In this document: positions 26,259 to 35,258 of the stretch, piece after piece
Numbering within the stretch: the first letter of the stretch is position 1
How the letters are laid out: the number at the start of each line of letters is the position of its first letter
Source: an uncultured Candidatus Saccharibacteria bacterium
GTDB taxonomy: Bacteria > Patescibacteriota > UBA1384 > DTJR01
DNA length: 61,892 nucleotides
Direction of reading: 5' to 3'
NCBI GenBank assembly: GCA_964580065.1
Contig: CAZOJE010000004.1
Span: 1-61,892 of the forward strand
Translations under genes and position numbers: made by a program
Notes under the pieces: generated by a model
Database searches by the model: none
What the model was told of the DNA's origin: nothing
The model's input: only the letters and a program-made list of their open reading frames with translations

Positions 26259-27575
26259 TTACAGTGCATCTCCAATTCTTTGCCCTCCTTGACCGTCACC
26301 AAAAGGATCATAAAGCCCAATTAATTCTTTTCGCCGGCGATCATTTTTACTTGATAGGGCTTGTTTTAAAACGCTTTCTAGCTCGTCCTTGGCTTTAACT
26401 GTAAAAACGCCCTTCGTCTCGATGATCTTTTTAAAATGCTCGTACTGGTAAAAACGTTTAATCGAATCTTTTAGGTAACCGCTTTCACGATCGTAATCCA
26501 ACAAAACAACCGGTGTCAGAAAGTATGAGGTGTCGATGGTTACGGTTGAGGCAATATTAATAACCGCTTGAGAATTTTTTAGAAGATCGGCAAAGTGCTT
26601 AATGTCATCGTAATTAGGCATCCATTTATCGTAAGTCTTGGCCGTTCTCTGGCCCGGATTTTCTATTTCAATATTTTTATATTTTTTTTGCAGATTTTTA
26701 TATCGGGCCATGTCGTCGTTGGGGTGAACGCGAATAATTAATTTATATTCGGGAAACGCCTGATTGATTCTTTGGGCCACCTCGGCAACATATGCAAGCT
26801 CATTAGGTACAGTTTCGGGATGACCGGTGGCATAAAGAAATTGCTTTTTCACCCCTCCGACCGATTGATTTTTATACTGGTAAAAAAGATCGTACTGGGG
26901 CATACCAACCCTTACCACGTCCGCTCGCCCATAATTTAGTTTTTCTCTCACTTCCTTTTCCATCAAATCGCCCCAAACCAAAATTTTATCGTATTTTCTG
27001 ATCAGCGATCCTTTGGAGCTAAGGTTGTCCCAGCTGTGAATAAAAGCGATTTTTTTAGCCCTTCGATGGAAGCGATCGATATATCGGGAAACAACCGTTT
27101 CGATCTCAAACGAAGGAGCTAGTGATAACCAAACGTCGATTTTGTCTAGGTGAAAATTATCTTTGGGCGTCGTTACAGCCAGACAAAAATCTAAGAACGA
27201 AAAAGGGACCCAAAAAAACAAACTCAAAATAATTTTTTTTATAAAGTAAAGTAAAATATTTTCTTGACGTAAAATCCGCCAACGAATTTCTTGGGTGGAG
27301 CTTTTAGTCCGATCTAAAAATAAGGTTTTTTTAGTCTGCCAAACCGCCGAAAAAATAAAGTTAAATTTTCGCTCGGCCTTAAATAGGATTGGCTGGACAT
27401 TTTTTACTTTGATCGTTTCAAGATATTTTTCCCATACTTCCGGTACCGGTGTTAAAATGTAAATTTGCTCGGCCTGACGCACCGATTCCGATTGCCAAAA
27501 AGTGCTATAAAGCAAATTTTTAATTGAGTAACCAAAGGGGGCGCTAATAAGAATATTTTTAGGTGATTTTTTCAT
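26259..27575 (-). CDS. Uncharacterised GT-B-like protein (paralogue of 23582..24937)
   Basis: It has the same motif set (IHSWDNLSSKGS, RVHPNDDM, NIASTVTID) and a similar length. Confidence 0.6.
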   Translation of the reverse strand: MKKSPKNILISAPFGYSIKNLLYSTFWQSESVRQAEQIYILTPVPEVWEKYLETIKVKNVQPILFKAERKFNFIFSAVWQTKKTLFLDRTKSSTQEIRWRILRQENILLYFIKKIILSLFFWVPFSFLDFCLAVTTPKDNFHLDKIDVWLSLAPSFEIETVVSRYIDRFHRRAKKIAFIHSWDNLSSKGSLIRKYDKILVWGDLMEKEVREKLNYGRADVVRVGMPQYDLFYQYKNQSVGGVKKQFLYATGHPETVPNELAYVAEVAQRINQAFPEYKLIIRVHPNDDMARYKNLQKKYKNIEIENPGQRTAKTYDKWMPNYDDIKHFADLLKNSQAVINIASTVTIDTSYFLTPVVLLDYDRESGYLKDSIKRFYQYEHFKKIIETKGVFTVKAKDELESVLKQALSSKNDRRRKELIGLYDPFGDGQGGQRIGDAL

Positions 27576-28719
27576 AAAATTCTTTTTGAACCGGCGGATT
27601 GGTTTGTAAAATTAATTGGGCAATTTTCTCTCCCGCTTTGCCGTCCCCATAGATATTGCTCGATTCGTAACGGCCGTGCTTTAGCTGGCTTTTAACTTTT
27701 TTAAAAATATCTTCGACGTCATAATCGGCGTAAATCACATTTGCCGCATGTTCGCGGTTCGCTTGCCGCGAACCAATTTCAACCGCCGGTGTGCCAAGAT
27801 AAGAGCCCTCCCGAATAAAGCTTGAGGAATTGCCGATTAAGCAAGAAGCGTTGTTTAAGACAGCCGCAAAATCCTCCGGTTCAATGTTTTTAAAAAATTG
27901 CACCGGAAAATTAGGGTGCTCCTCGCGAAAAAGGCGAATGGCCTTGGAAATTTCGTCTGACCCGGCGTCGGGGTTTGGCCACAGCATTAATGTCGGCATT
28001 TTTAGTTTTTTGATTGTTTTAAGCGTTTCTTTCATTTGGGTAAAGCTGCTGCCAAATTCGGTCGTGACAGGGTGCTGCATCACCACAACATATTCTTTGT
28101 CTAAATCTACTTTTCCGAGACCACCGATCTTGGTTGTTCTAAGATGCTTTCTTGTCAAATTAGAATTTTTCACTAAGTCAATTGAAGGACAGCCAGTATT
28201 AAAAACATATTCGGGATTTTCGCCCATTCTGATTACTCTTTGGCGGCTTTTTTCAGTTGTCGTGAAATGGAGATGGGAAAGCTTAGTAACCGCGTGGCGG
28301 ACGGATTCATCAATTGTTCCGGTGATCTCTCCTCCCTGAACATGAGCAACGATTTTATTAAGATAGGCGCCGGCAATAGCCGTGGCAATTGTTTCATATC
28401 GATCGCCGATCGTGATAACCACATCAGGGTTGAGCCGTGAAATTGCCGGGGCAAATTGCATCAGGCCGGTGGCGACAGACTGCGTCATCGTCAGCGGATT
28501 TTCCCCCTCGATGCTCATGAAAATTTCCTCATTAACCGTAAAACCGTCTTCCTTGACAATTTTTACTGCTTGACCAAATCTTTCCAGCAACATGCCAGAA
28601 GTAGCAATAACTTGCAGTTCTAGCCCCGGATCTTTTTTAATTGAGTGCATTAAGGTTTTACTTCGAGCATAGTTGGCTCGATTAACTAACACGATTAAAA
28701 CTTTTTTGGGTTTTTTCAT
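27559..28719 (-). CDS. neuC: UDP-N-acetylglucosamine 2-epimerase (hydrolysing), NeuC-like
   Basis: The ATG at 28719 (MKKPKKVLIVLVNRANYARSK) is preferred. The longer ORF start at 28797 abuts the terminator of the GC-rich insert. The length and HVQGGE region are typical of NeuC/SiaA-type epimerases. Confidence 0.8.
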   Translation of the reverse strand: MKKPKKVLIVLVNRANYARSKTLMHSIKKDPGLELQVIATSGMLLERFGQAVKIVKEDGFTVNEEIFMSIEGENPLTMTQSVATGLMQFAPAISRLNPDVVITIGDRYETIATAIAGAYLNKIVAHVQGGEITGTIDESVRHAVTKLSHLHFTTTEKSRQRVIRMGENPEYVFNTGCPSIDLVKNSNLTRKHLRTTKIGGLGKVDLDKEYVVVMQHPVTTEFGSSFTQMKETLKTIKKLKMPTLMLWPNPDAGSDEISKAIRLFREEHPNFPVQFFKNIEPEDFAAVLNNASCLIGNSSSFIREGSYLGTPAVEIGSRQANREHAANVIYADYDVEDIFKKVKSQLKHGRYESSNIYGDGKAGEKIAQLILQTNPPVQKEFYEKIT

Positions 28720-28796
28720 TATTATTGGATCAATTTTTTTAAAAACTAAACAATTATCTCGGTCAGAGCTTAAATAAATACTACAACTTCTCCCCA

Positions 28797-28836
28797 TAAA
28801 AGCAACGGGGGGCGGAAGATTACACCTTCCGCCCCC
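28797..28836 (-). terminator. Terminator hairpin of the GC-rich two-gene insert
   Basis: An 11-bp stem, gggggcggaag (28808-28818) with cttccgccccc (28826-28836), is followed on the - strand by uugcuuuuaug. Confidence 0.6.
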
Positions 28837-28841
28837 GGATA

Positions 28842-29828
28842 TCAGTCACACTTCATGTCGAGGATCCTTTCGGCGATCCTCTTGGCCGCGCCCGGGTTTA
28901 CCGGGTAGCGCGGCTGCCGCAGGTCGCCGGACTCTACCAGCACGCCTCCGATCATCCGAGCGAGCTGATCGGGCACATAAGCAGCGTCGGTCAGGCCACG
29001 CACGATCGGCGGCCAGTCCGCTGTGCCGGTGTTTTTCAGAAACCGGTCTCGAGCGGCAACCGTCAGGTAGTCGATCGCCGGCACACCGATGCAGGCGGCC
29101 TCGATCGACAAAGTTGAATACGAGCAGATCACCAGATCGGACGCCTTGAGCGTTTCAGACGCCCCAAGCGGACTGATCTCGCCAATCCCCTGGTACGCCG
29201 AAGGATCAGTGCGATCCCCCGGGTGGATAGACAGGACGACCTGGAAATCGCGGGCTTGGCGGCAAGCCGCCTTTCTGACTTGCTCGCTTGCCGCGGTAAA
29301 CAGCTCGACGTTGATCTCCGTCTTCTTGCCACCCACCACCATGGCCAGGAAGACGTCTTCGGCCACGCCAAGCCGCCCGCGATACTCTTCGCGCTCCCCG
29401 GGCTTGCAGGCAAACTGCTCCCACAGGGGAACACCGCCGGCAAAAAAGCTGCCCGTTGATCCGGTGACCGCCCTGATCTCGCCCTCATCAGGCACGATCA
29501 CGAGATCGACCTCGTTCCTCAATTCCTTGAACCAAGGTCTGCCGACCACACTGAATGTGTCGGCAAACAGAACGCGGGCGCAATAGCCGGGCGCTGCCCT
29601 CAACGCCTGCATCTCAAGAGCGGCCAGCTCGGGCGAAGAGGACATGCCCGTGACGAGGACATCCTGACGGCGTACCGACTCTAGCACCGCATAGATATTG
29701 GTGATGGTGTCGGGACGGCCGTAGCCCAAGCACCGTATCACTTCACACCCCTCCTCTTCGAGGGCCTTACTTACAAAGTCAAGGTTCTTGCACGGGCCAA
29801 CGTCCACAGCCAGCAGCATCACTTTCAT
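28842..29828 (-). CDS. GC-rich GT-B-like hypothetical protein (328 aa)
   Basis: The SD ggagaggtg lies upstream of the ATG. The C-terminal half (VVLSIHPGDRTD...DLVICSYSTLSIEAACIGVPAIDY) echoes the RxHP and STxxxEA..G.P motifs of the AT-rich paralogues at 23582 and 26259. Confidence 0.6.
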   Translation of the reverse strand: MKVMLLAVDVGPCKNLDFVSKALEEEGCEVIRCLGYGRPDTITNIYAVLESVRRQDVLVTGMSSSPELAALEMQALRAAPGYCARVLFADTFSVVGRPWFKELRNEVDLVIVPDEGEIRAVTGSTGSFFAGGVPLWEQFACKPGEREEYRGRLGVAEDVFLAMVVGGKKTEINVELFTAASEQVRKAACRQARDFQVVLSIHPGDRTDPSAYQGIGEISPLGASETLKASDLVICSYSTLSIEAACIGVPAIDYLTVAARDRFLKNTGTADWPPIVRGLTDAAYVPDQLARMIGGVLVESGDLRQPRYPVNPGAAKRIAERILDMKCD

Positions 29829-29913
29829 CTAAATCACCTCTCCAGATTGACGGCACGTTTTATGCGCTCCAATGCAAGCGGAAAAACTTACTTTCCGCCT
29901 TTGGTTCTCCCTG

Positions 29914-30483
29914 CTAGCTCGGTCGATACGAGCCGAAACAGACCCGGGCACAGGGGAGAATCATACGCCGGTGATTCTCGATTATACCCGGAACTTGCCC
30001 GCTGCAGGCCGCATCGAGATCGACCCATTTCAGATCGCCAATCTCGGGGACATTCTCGATGCGCGACAGCATTACTACCTGAACAACGCTGCCGCGTTCT
30101 TCCACAATCGGGTCCTGCAGGAACGCAAGAGTTGGCTCGACCAGGTTTGCGCCGAGGAGTTCTGTCTTGGCAAGGCGCTCGAGCGCAGACCAGTAGCTCT
30201 CGCCAGGTCTCAAGAACGTTCCCGGACAGTGCCACTGGCCAGGATAGGCCGTGTCGTTGTCGGCACGGCGCTTGAGCAAGACTTCGATCGGATACTCACC
30301 GCTGACGACAACCAGCTCAATACAGCAGCTGACTGTCTTCTTGGCCACTGCGTCAAACAGCTCTGTCCCCAGCGGCGTGTCAGGCAGTGAGTTGAGAAGA
30401 GCTGCCGCCACTTTCCGCCGCTCCTCTTCATCCATTTGCAACAGTTTCTCTACCAGCTCCATCAGACTGGCATCCATTCGCAC
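29914..30483 (-). CDS. Nudix-fold protein with a degenerate Nudix box and an N-terminal helix resembling an 'addiction module component' antitoxin motif
   Basis: PGTFLRPGESYWSALERLAKTELLG aligns to GX5EX7REUXEEXGU with RE->RL and EE->TE. The N-terminus LMELVEKLLQMDEEERRKVAAALLNSL resembles the L..ER..LA..LL.SL motif. The gene is GC-rich. Confidence 0.55.
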   Translation of the reverse strand: MRMDASLMELVEKLLQMDEEERRKVAAALLNSLPDTPLGTELFDAVAKKTVSCCIELVVVSGEYPIEVLLKRRADNDTAYPGQWHCPGTFLRPGESYWSALERLAKTELLGANLVEPTLAFLQDPIVEERGSVVQVVMLSRIENVPEIGDLKWVDLDAACSGQVPGIIENHRRMILPCARVCFGSYRPS

Positions 30484-30576
30484 TCACCCTCTCATGTTAA
30501 GGTACGTCAACAAGATCGGATTATTTTATCAGATAAACCAAACGGATCAAGAGCGCAAAAAAACAAAAAGTGATGT

Positions 30577-31683
30577 TTAGATATCTTTTTTGGTTATTCC
30601 AGATGTTTTCTTGAGATCTTTTTTGGCTTTTTTGCCAATTACCTTATCATATTCTTCCGACGGCAGACCCTCGATGTGAGCTTGCGGACGCATGGCGTGG
30701 ACATCTTCCGGCCTGATTGTTTCGCCTTTTTTGATATCCCGCGCAGCGACTATTGTTTTGCGAAAATACGGTCTAAAAACCGCTTCGCCTTCTTGTAGGA
30801 CTTTATCGGTTTGGCTAAATGAACGAAATTTTTGGTCAATCTTGGACATGGTTTTCTCTGGTTCTTTTTCGAAATCGCGCACAAATTTCACAAGCTTTTT
30901 CATTTCTTCGGGCGTGATCGAGGCCTTGTGATCCGAGCCCCATAAGTCGCGCGAAAAAGAAAAATGTTTTTCGAGGATTTGAGCGCCGGCCTCTAGAGCG
31001 GCTAAAGCGCTATCAATCACGTTATCGCCTACCGAATGATCGGAAAAACCTATTGGTAAGCGATGTTTGTTTTTAAAATATTCTATCGTTCCCAATTTAA
31101 GCTCCTCTGGCGGACAAGGATATTTAGAAACGCAATGCAAAAGAGCAAAGTCGGTCTTTCTTTTTTTCAAAAAGGCAATCGCCTTGTCCACTTCTTCATC
31201 AGTTGACATCCCCGAAGAGATAATGATCGGCTTGCCCGTTGAGGCAAGATAATCCAGCATGACAAAATCCAAAAGATCGCCCGAACCGACCTTCCAAAGT
31301 TCAACGTCTAAATCGTTGAGAATTTTGGCCGCGCCCCGAGACATTGGAGTGGAAAAGAAAATTATTCCAATTTTGTCGCAATAAGCTTTGAGGGGCCGCC
31401 AGAAGGTTTCAACCGGCGTGGCTAAAGTATTTCGCGTAACCCAACTAAAACGGTCGGAGCCCTTGAAATGCGGCGAAACAACATCGATGTTCATCTGCTC
31501 GTCGGCAACATTGTGAGTTTGAAATTTAACCGCGTCACAGCCGGCTTCTTTGGCCGCTTTCGCTAAGGCCTTGGCATTTTCAAGATATTCCTCAACCGAT
31601 CGATCCCCCTGCGATTGAATAAAATTTTTTCCCGCTTCCGCGATAACAAAAACGCGATTATTTATTAAATCTTCAATTATCAT
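30577..31683 (-). CDS. neuB: N-acetylneuraminate (nonulosonic acid) synthase with C-terminal SAF domain
   Basis: The N-terminal half has the NeuB TIM-barrel pattern (VFVIAEAGKNF...DAVKFQT...FSDHS). The C-terminal SAF-like region reads IVAARDIKKGETIRPEDV. Confidence 0.85.
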   Translation of the reverse strand: MIIEDLINNRVFVIAEAGKNFIQSQGDRSVEEYLENAKALAKAAKEAGCDAVKFQTHNVADEQMNIDVVSPHFKGSDRFSWVTRNTLATPVETFWRPLKAYCDKIGIIFFSTPMSRGAAKILNDLDVELWKVGSGDLLDFVMLDYLASTGKPIIISSGMSTDEEVDKAIAFLKKRKTDFALLHCVSKYPCPPEELKLGTIEYFKNKHRLPIGFSDHSVGDNVIDSALAALEAGAQILEKHFSFSRDLWGSDHKASITPEEMKKLVKFVRDFEKEPEKTMSKIDQKFRSFSQTDKVLQEGEAVFRPYFRKTIVAARDIKKGETIRPEDVHAMRPQAHIEGLPSEEYDKVIGKKAKKDLKKTSGITKKDI

Positions 31684-31709
31684 TTTGCCTCCGACTAGAT
31701 ATTACCATT

Positions 31710-32645
31710 TCATTTAAAATTAATTCTTTCCGCTTCAATCACCAACGGTCTTTTTTTCACTTGAGTCAAAATTGCCCCGACATATTCGCCGACCAAACCA
31801 ATAAAAATTAACTGAATGGAGCTAAAGAAAAAAAGACCGATTACTAACGGGGCCACCCCAGCGTTAAAAGTATTCCAGTAAATTATTTTGTAAACAAGAT
31901 AGATCGCCGCCACCAACAAGCTGATTAGGGCGACAATGAAACCGACAAAGCTGGCGATTCTAATCGGCACTTTTGAATAGCTAATAAACCCTAGCATGGC
32001 CATATCGTACAAAGTATAAAAATTATTTTTGGTCTTGCCCCGACGGCGTTTGGGCTGAACAAAATCAATTTGTTCGATTTCCCCACCCAATTCGGCCACC
32101 AGCCCCCTAAGATACGGATAAGGGTCATCAACTTGGCGCAAGACACGGATAAAGCTTTGGTCATACAACCCAAAGCCCGTGAAATTCCGAATGTGCCTTA
32201 CGTCCGAAATTTTTTCAATCGTTCGATAAAAAATGCTTCTCAAGGCAAACATCAGTCGATTCTCTTGGCTTTTCGGCTTGACCCCGATCACAATTTTTTT
32301 ACCCTTCTCCCAACGCGAAAGAAATTTTTCAATTAGCTCCGGCGGATCTTGAAAATCACAAACTAACAAAATCGCCGCGTCAGCTTTAGACTGAATTAAA
32401 CCATAATAGGGCGAACGAATATGACCAAAGTTGCGAGAATTTAAAATAACCTTAACCGTCTTGTCGTTTTTGGCCAACCGGCGCAAAATTTTAACGGTTT
32501 TATCGGTCGATTTGTTGTCGATAAAAATATGCTCATACCGATATTTGCCCCTTAATTTGGCAAAAATTTTTTTGACCGATAAATAAATATCTTCGACATT
32601 TTCTTCTTCGTTGTAGCAAGGTGTGACAATGGAAATTAGCTTCAT
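31710..32645 (-). CDS. GT2 polyprenol-phosphate glycosyltransferase (GtrB/ArnC-like) with C-terminal TM helices
   Basis: It contains ISIVTPCYNEEENV...IDNKSTD...CDFQDPP followed by two C-terminal hydrophobic helices. Confidence 0.85.
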   Translation of the reverse strand: MKLISIVTPCYNEEENVEDIYLSVKKIFAKLRGKYRYEHIFIDNKSTDKTVKILRRLAKNDKTVKVILNSRNFGHIRSPYYGLIQSKADAAILLVCDFQDPPELIEKFLSRWEKGKKIVIGVKPKSQENRLMFALRSIFYRTIEKISDVRHIRNFTGFGLYDQSFIRVLRQVDDPYPYLRGLVAELGGEIEQIDFVQPKRRRGKTKNNFYTLYDMAMLGFISYSKVPIRIASFVGFIVALISLLVAAIYLVYKIIYWNTFNAGVAPLVIGLFFFSSIQLIFIGLVGEYVGAILTQVKKRPLVIEAERINFK

Positions 32646-33559
32646 TTGTTTTGCATTATAATTGAAACTTCTTTTTCGATTGATTCGATCGCCGAATATT
32701 TCGGCTTATAGCCGATTTTGGCCGCTTCGCGATTCAAAGAATAATATTTTTGCTTTGCCCCCGTCGGATTAGCTGATTCAATTCTAGAATATTTTACCGC
32801 CAAACCATATTTTTTGGCAAAAAAAGCTATGAGCTGCACCTTGGTTGTGGGTTCAGCCGAATAAGCGTCAAAAGCCCGATTAATCTTTCTTTGTTTAAAA
32901 CAAAGTTTGATTAGTTGGGCCAGATCCTCGCAATCAATAAAATCTCGACCGAAATCTGTTTTGTCGGTGAGAAATTTTTTCCGATTCTTGATTGATCGAA
33001 CCATATCACTTACCAAAAAACCGCTCTCAAGATCAATAAAACGGCTAAAGTAAGAAAAAATTCTAATATCAACAATGTTCAAGTTTCCAAAAGATCGGTG
33101 CTTGGTTTCGGCATTCAGTTTAGCCATTTGGTAAGGATTAGACAAATCATTGACCGCCAGTTTCAGTTGAGAGTCTTTTTTAAACGGGCCACACCCCCCA
33201 TAAACAATGCCGCTGGAAAGATAAACATATCTCCGTGAGGGTTTTTTCTTTAAATAGTCAATAATTATATTATCATATTTCTCGGTTAAAAGCTGGATTT
33301 CACCGCCCAGGGATTTAATTTTTGCCCTCGCGCCAGCGCCGATGCAATTGATGACGACATCGTTATCTTTTGTGGCAAATTTTTCGAGCGCGTAGATTTT
33401 AAGTTGTCTGGTGGAAATTTTATTTGATTTTACAAAATCGCGAACTTTTCCGCTTTCAATATCAAAAAGATTCAGGGCAATTTCTTCATCCTTAGCAAAC
33501 TGAAAAATCAGTCCTTGGCCAATGTGGCCGGAAGATCCCAATAGAGCGACTTTAATCAT
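32642..33559 (-). CDS. NAD(P)-dependent SDR (epimerase/reductase), possible 4-keto/branch reductase
   Basis: The ATG at 33559 (MIKVALLGSSGHIGQGL, Rossmann loop) is preferred. YQMAK provides the YxxxK motif. It lies downstream of the ThDP enzyme in the same operon. Confidence 0.7.
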   Translation of the reverse strand: MIKVALLGSSGHIGQGLIFQFAKDEEIALNLFDIESGKVRDFVKSNKISTRQLKIYALEKFATKDNDVVINCIGAGARAKIKSLGGEIQLLTEKYDNIIIDYLKKKPSRRYVYLSSGIVYGGCGPFKKDSQLKLAVNDLSNPYQMAKLNAETKHRSFGNLNIVDIRIFSYFSRFIDLESGFLVSDMVRSIKNRKKFLTDKTDFGRDFIDCEDLAQLIKLCFKQRKINRAFDAYSAEPTTKVQLIAFFAKKYGLAVKYSRIESANPTGAKQKYYSLNREAAKIGYKPKYSAIESIEKEVSIIMQNK

Positions 33560-35258
33560 GGTGTTCGTCCTCCTCAAATGGAGACATTTTATCCAGCGTC
33601 TGATTCATTAAAAGTTTCGGTACGACGATGGTTTTTTCCTTAGTTTGAACTTCAATAATCGCCGGCCCAGCCGCTTTTAAGATTTTTTGAAAATCGACAT
33701 TTTTCAGCGACCGGCTCGTAAATTTTTTATAGGTCAGACCATAGGACTCGGCAATTTTTTTAAAGTTGGGTATTTTGTAACCGCCTTGTTCGACCGTCGC
33801 AAAATGCTGGCTTTCAAAGTAAGCGTCTTGAAATTGCACGATCATGCCCAAGGAATAATTGTTCAAAATGATGATCTTAATCGGCAATTTGTACTGCTGG
33901 ACAAGCATTAACGCTTGCAGGGAAAAAACGAAACCGCCATCACCGCAAATGGCTATCACCGGCCTTTTCGGGTTGCCAAAACTTGCCCCAATCGCGCAAG
34001 GGACAGCGTAACCCATCGGCGCCATGCCGCCGCTAGTAAAAAAATCCTGCTTGGAAAAAATTTTTAAAGCTTGAGCCGCAAACATTTGGTTTTGGCCGAT
34101 ATCAACCGTGTAAAGAACGTTTTTGATTTTGGCTTGATTAATTTGCGACATTAAATCATAAGGGGTCTGATTGCTGACATAGCGCTCAATATCTTTTGCT
34201 TGAGCATACTCTCGACGAATTTTTTTCACCTGATTAAGCCATATTTCAAGGTCTAACTTGAATTTCGTTTTATTTAGTTTTTGAAAAAAAATCTTAGCAT
34301 CAGCGCAAATCGTTTCACGCCGAGGCAAGCGATGATGTTTAAGTTCGTTCGAATCAATATCAATGTGAAAAATTTTTGCCCCGTGGGCAAAACCGGCCAT
34401 ATTGGTTCCGGTTTGGCGGGTATCAAGGCGCGAGCCAACCGCGATCACAAGATCAGCTTTTTGCAAAACCATATTTGCGGCGCGATTGCCGTAAGTTCCG
34501 ATCATGCCCACAAAATACGGGCTGGTCTCGTCGATTGAGCCCTTGCCCATCAAGGAAACAACCACGGGCAAGCGATTCGAAATAGCGAATTTGGTTAACT
34601 CATTTTGGGCCCGACCATTAATGACTCCACCGCCGGCTAAAACAACCGGTCTTTCGGCGACCGCTAAAGCTTTGCTTAGCTTAGTCAAAGAAAACGGTCG
34701 CGGCTTTAGCGGCAAGATTTTTTTGGCCGAGGACTTTTTTATTTCACCGCGTTGGACGTCCATGGGGATATCGAGTAAAACCGGGCCGGGCCGGCCAGAA
34801 ATAGCAATCTGATAGGCCTTTTCCAGCTCTTTAGCTAAATCGTTGCTCGAGTTGATAATGGCCGCATATTTGGTAATCGGTTTAACAATTTCGACGATGC
34901 TGGTTTCCTGAAATCCTTGCTGCCTAACGGGCTTATCATATTTAAACTCATAGGTATTAACTTGACCGGTAAGAAAAATTGTTGGAATCGAGTCAAAAAA
35001 AGCGTCGGCGATGCCGGTAATCATATTGGTCGCCCCGGGGCCGCTGGTGGCGATCGCCACGCCGGCCCGGCCGGTTGAGCGAGCGTAGCCCTCGGCCGCA
35101 AAAGCCGCTGTCTGCTCGTGGTAAACCTGAATAAAGTCAACTTTTTGGCTTTTGCCCAATGAGTCAACAATGTGAGTAATGGCCCCGCCGGTATAGCCAA
35201 AAACTTTGTCTATGCCTTGGCGAGAAAAAAAATCAACAATAAAATCAGAGGCCTTCAT
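33552..35258 (-). CDS. Thiamine-diphosphate-dependent enzyme, acetolactate-synthase-large-subunit-like (YerE-like candidate)
   Basis: It has a three-domain ALS/ThDP layout. The N-terminus GIDKVFGYTGGAI...YHEQTAAFAAEGYAR is typical, and the ThDP-binding GDGGF....NN motif is present (CGDGGFVFSLQAL...IIILNN). Confidence 0.8.
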   Translation of the reverse strand: MKASDFIVDFFSRQGIDKVFGYTGGAITHIVDSLGKSQKVDFIQVYHEQTAAFAAEGYARSTGRAGVAIATSGPGATNMITGIADAFFDSIPTIFLTGQVNTYEFKYDKPVRQQGFQETSIVEIVKPITKYAAIINSSNDLAKELEKAYQIAISGRPGPVLLDIPMDVQRGEIKKSSAKKILPLKPRPFSLTKLSKALAVAERPVVLAGGGVINGRAQNELTKFAISNRLPVVVSLMGKGSIDETSPYFVGMIGTYGNRAANMVLQKADLVIAVGSRLDTRQTGTNMAGFAHGAKIFHIDIDSNELKHHRLPRRETICADAKIFFQKLNKTKFKLDLEIWLNQVKKIRREYAQAKDIERYVSNQTPYDLMSQINQAKIKNVLYTVDIGQNQMFAAQALKIFSKQDFFTSGGMAPMGYAVPCAIGASFGNPKRPVIAICGDGGFVFSLQALMLVQQYKLPIKIIILNNYSLGMIVQFQDAYFESQHFATVEQGGYKIPNFKKIAESYGLTYKKFTSRSLKNVDFQKILKAAGPAIIEVQTKEKTIVVPKLLMNQTLDKMSPFEEDEHHD

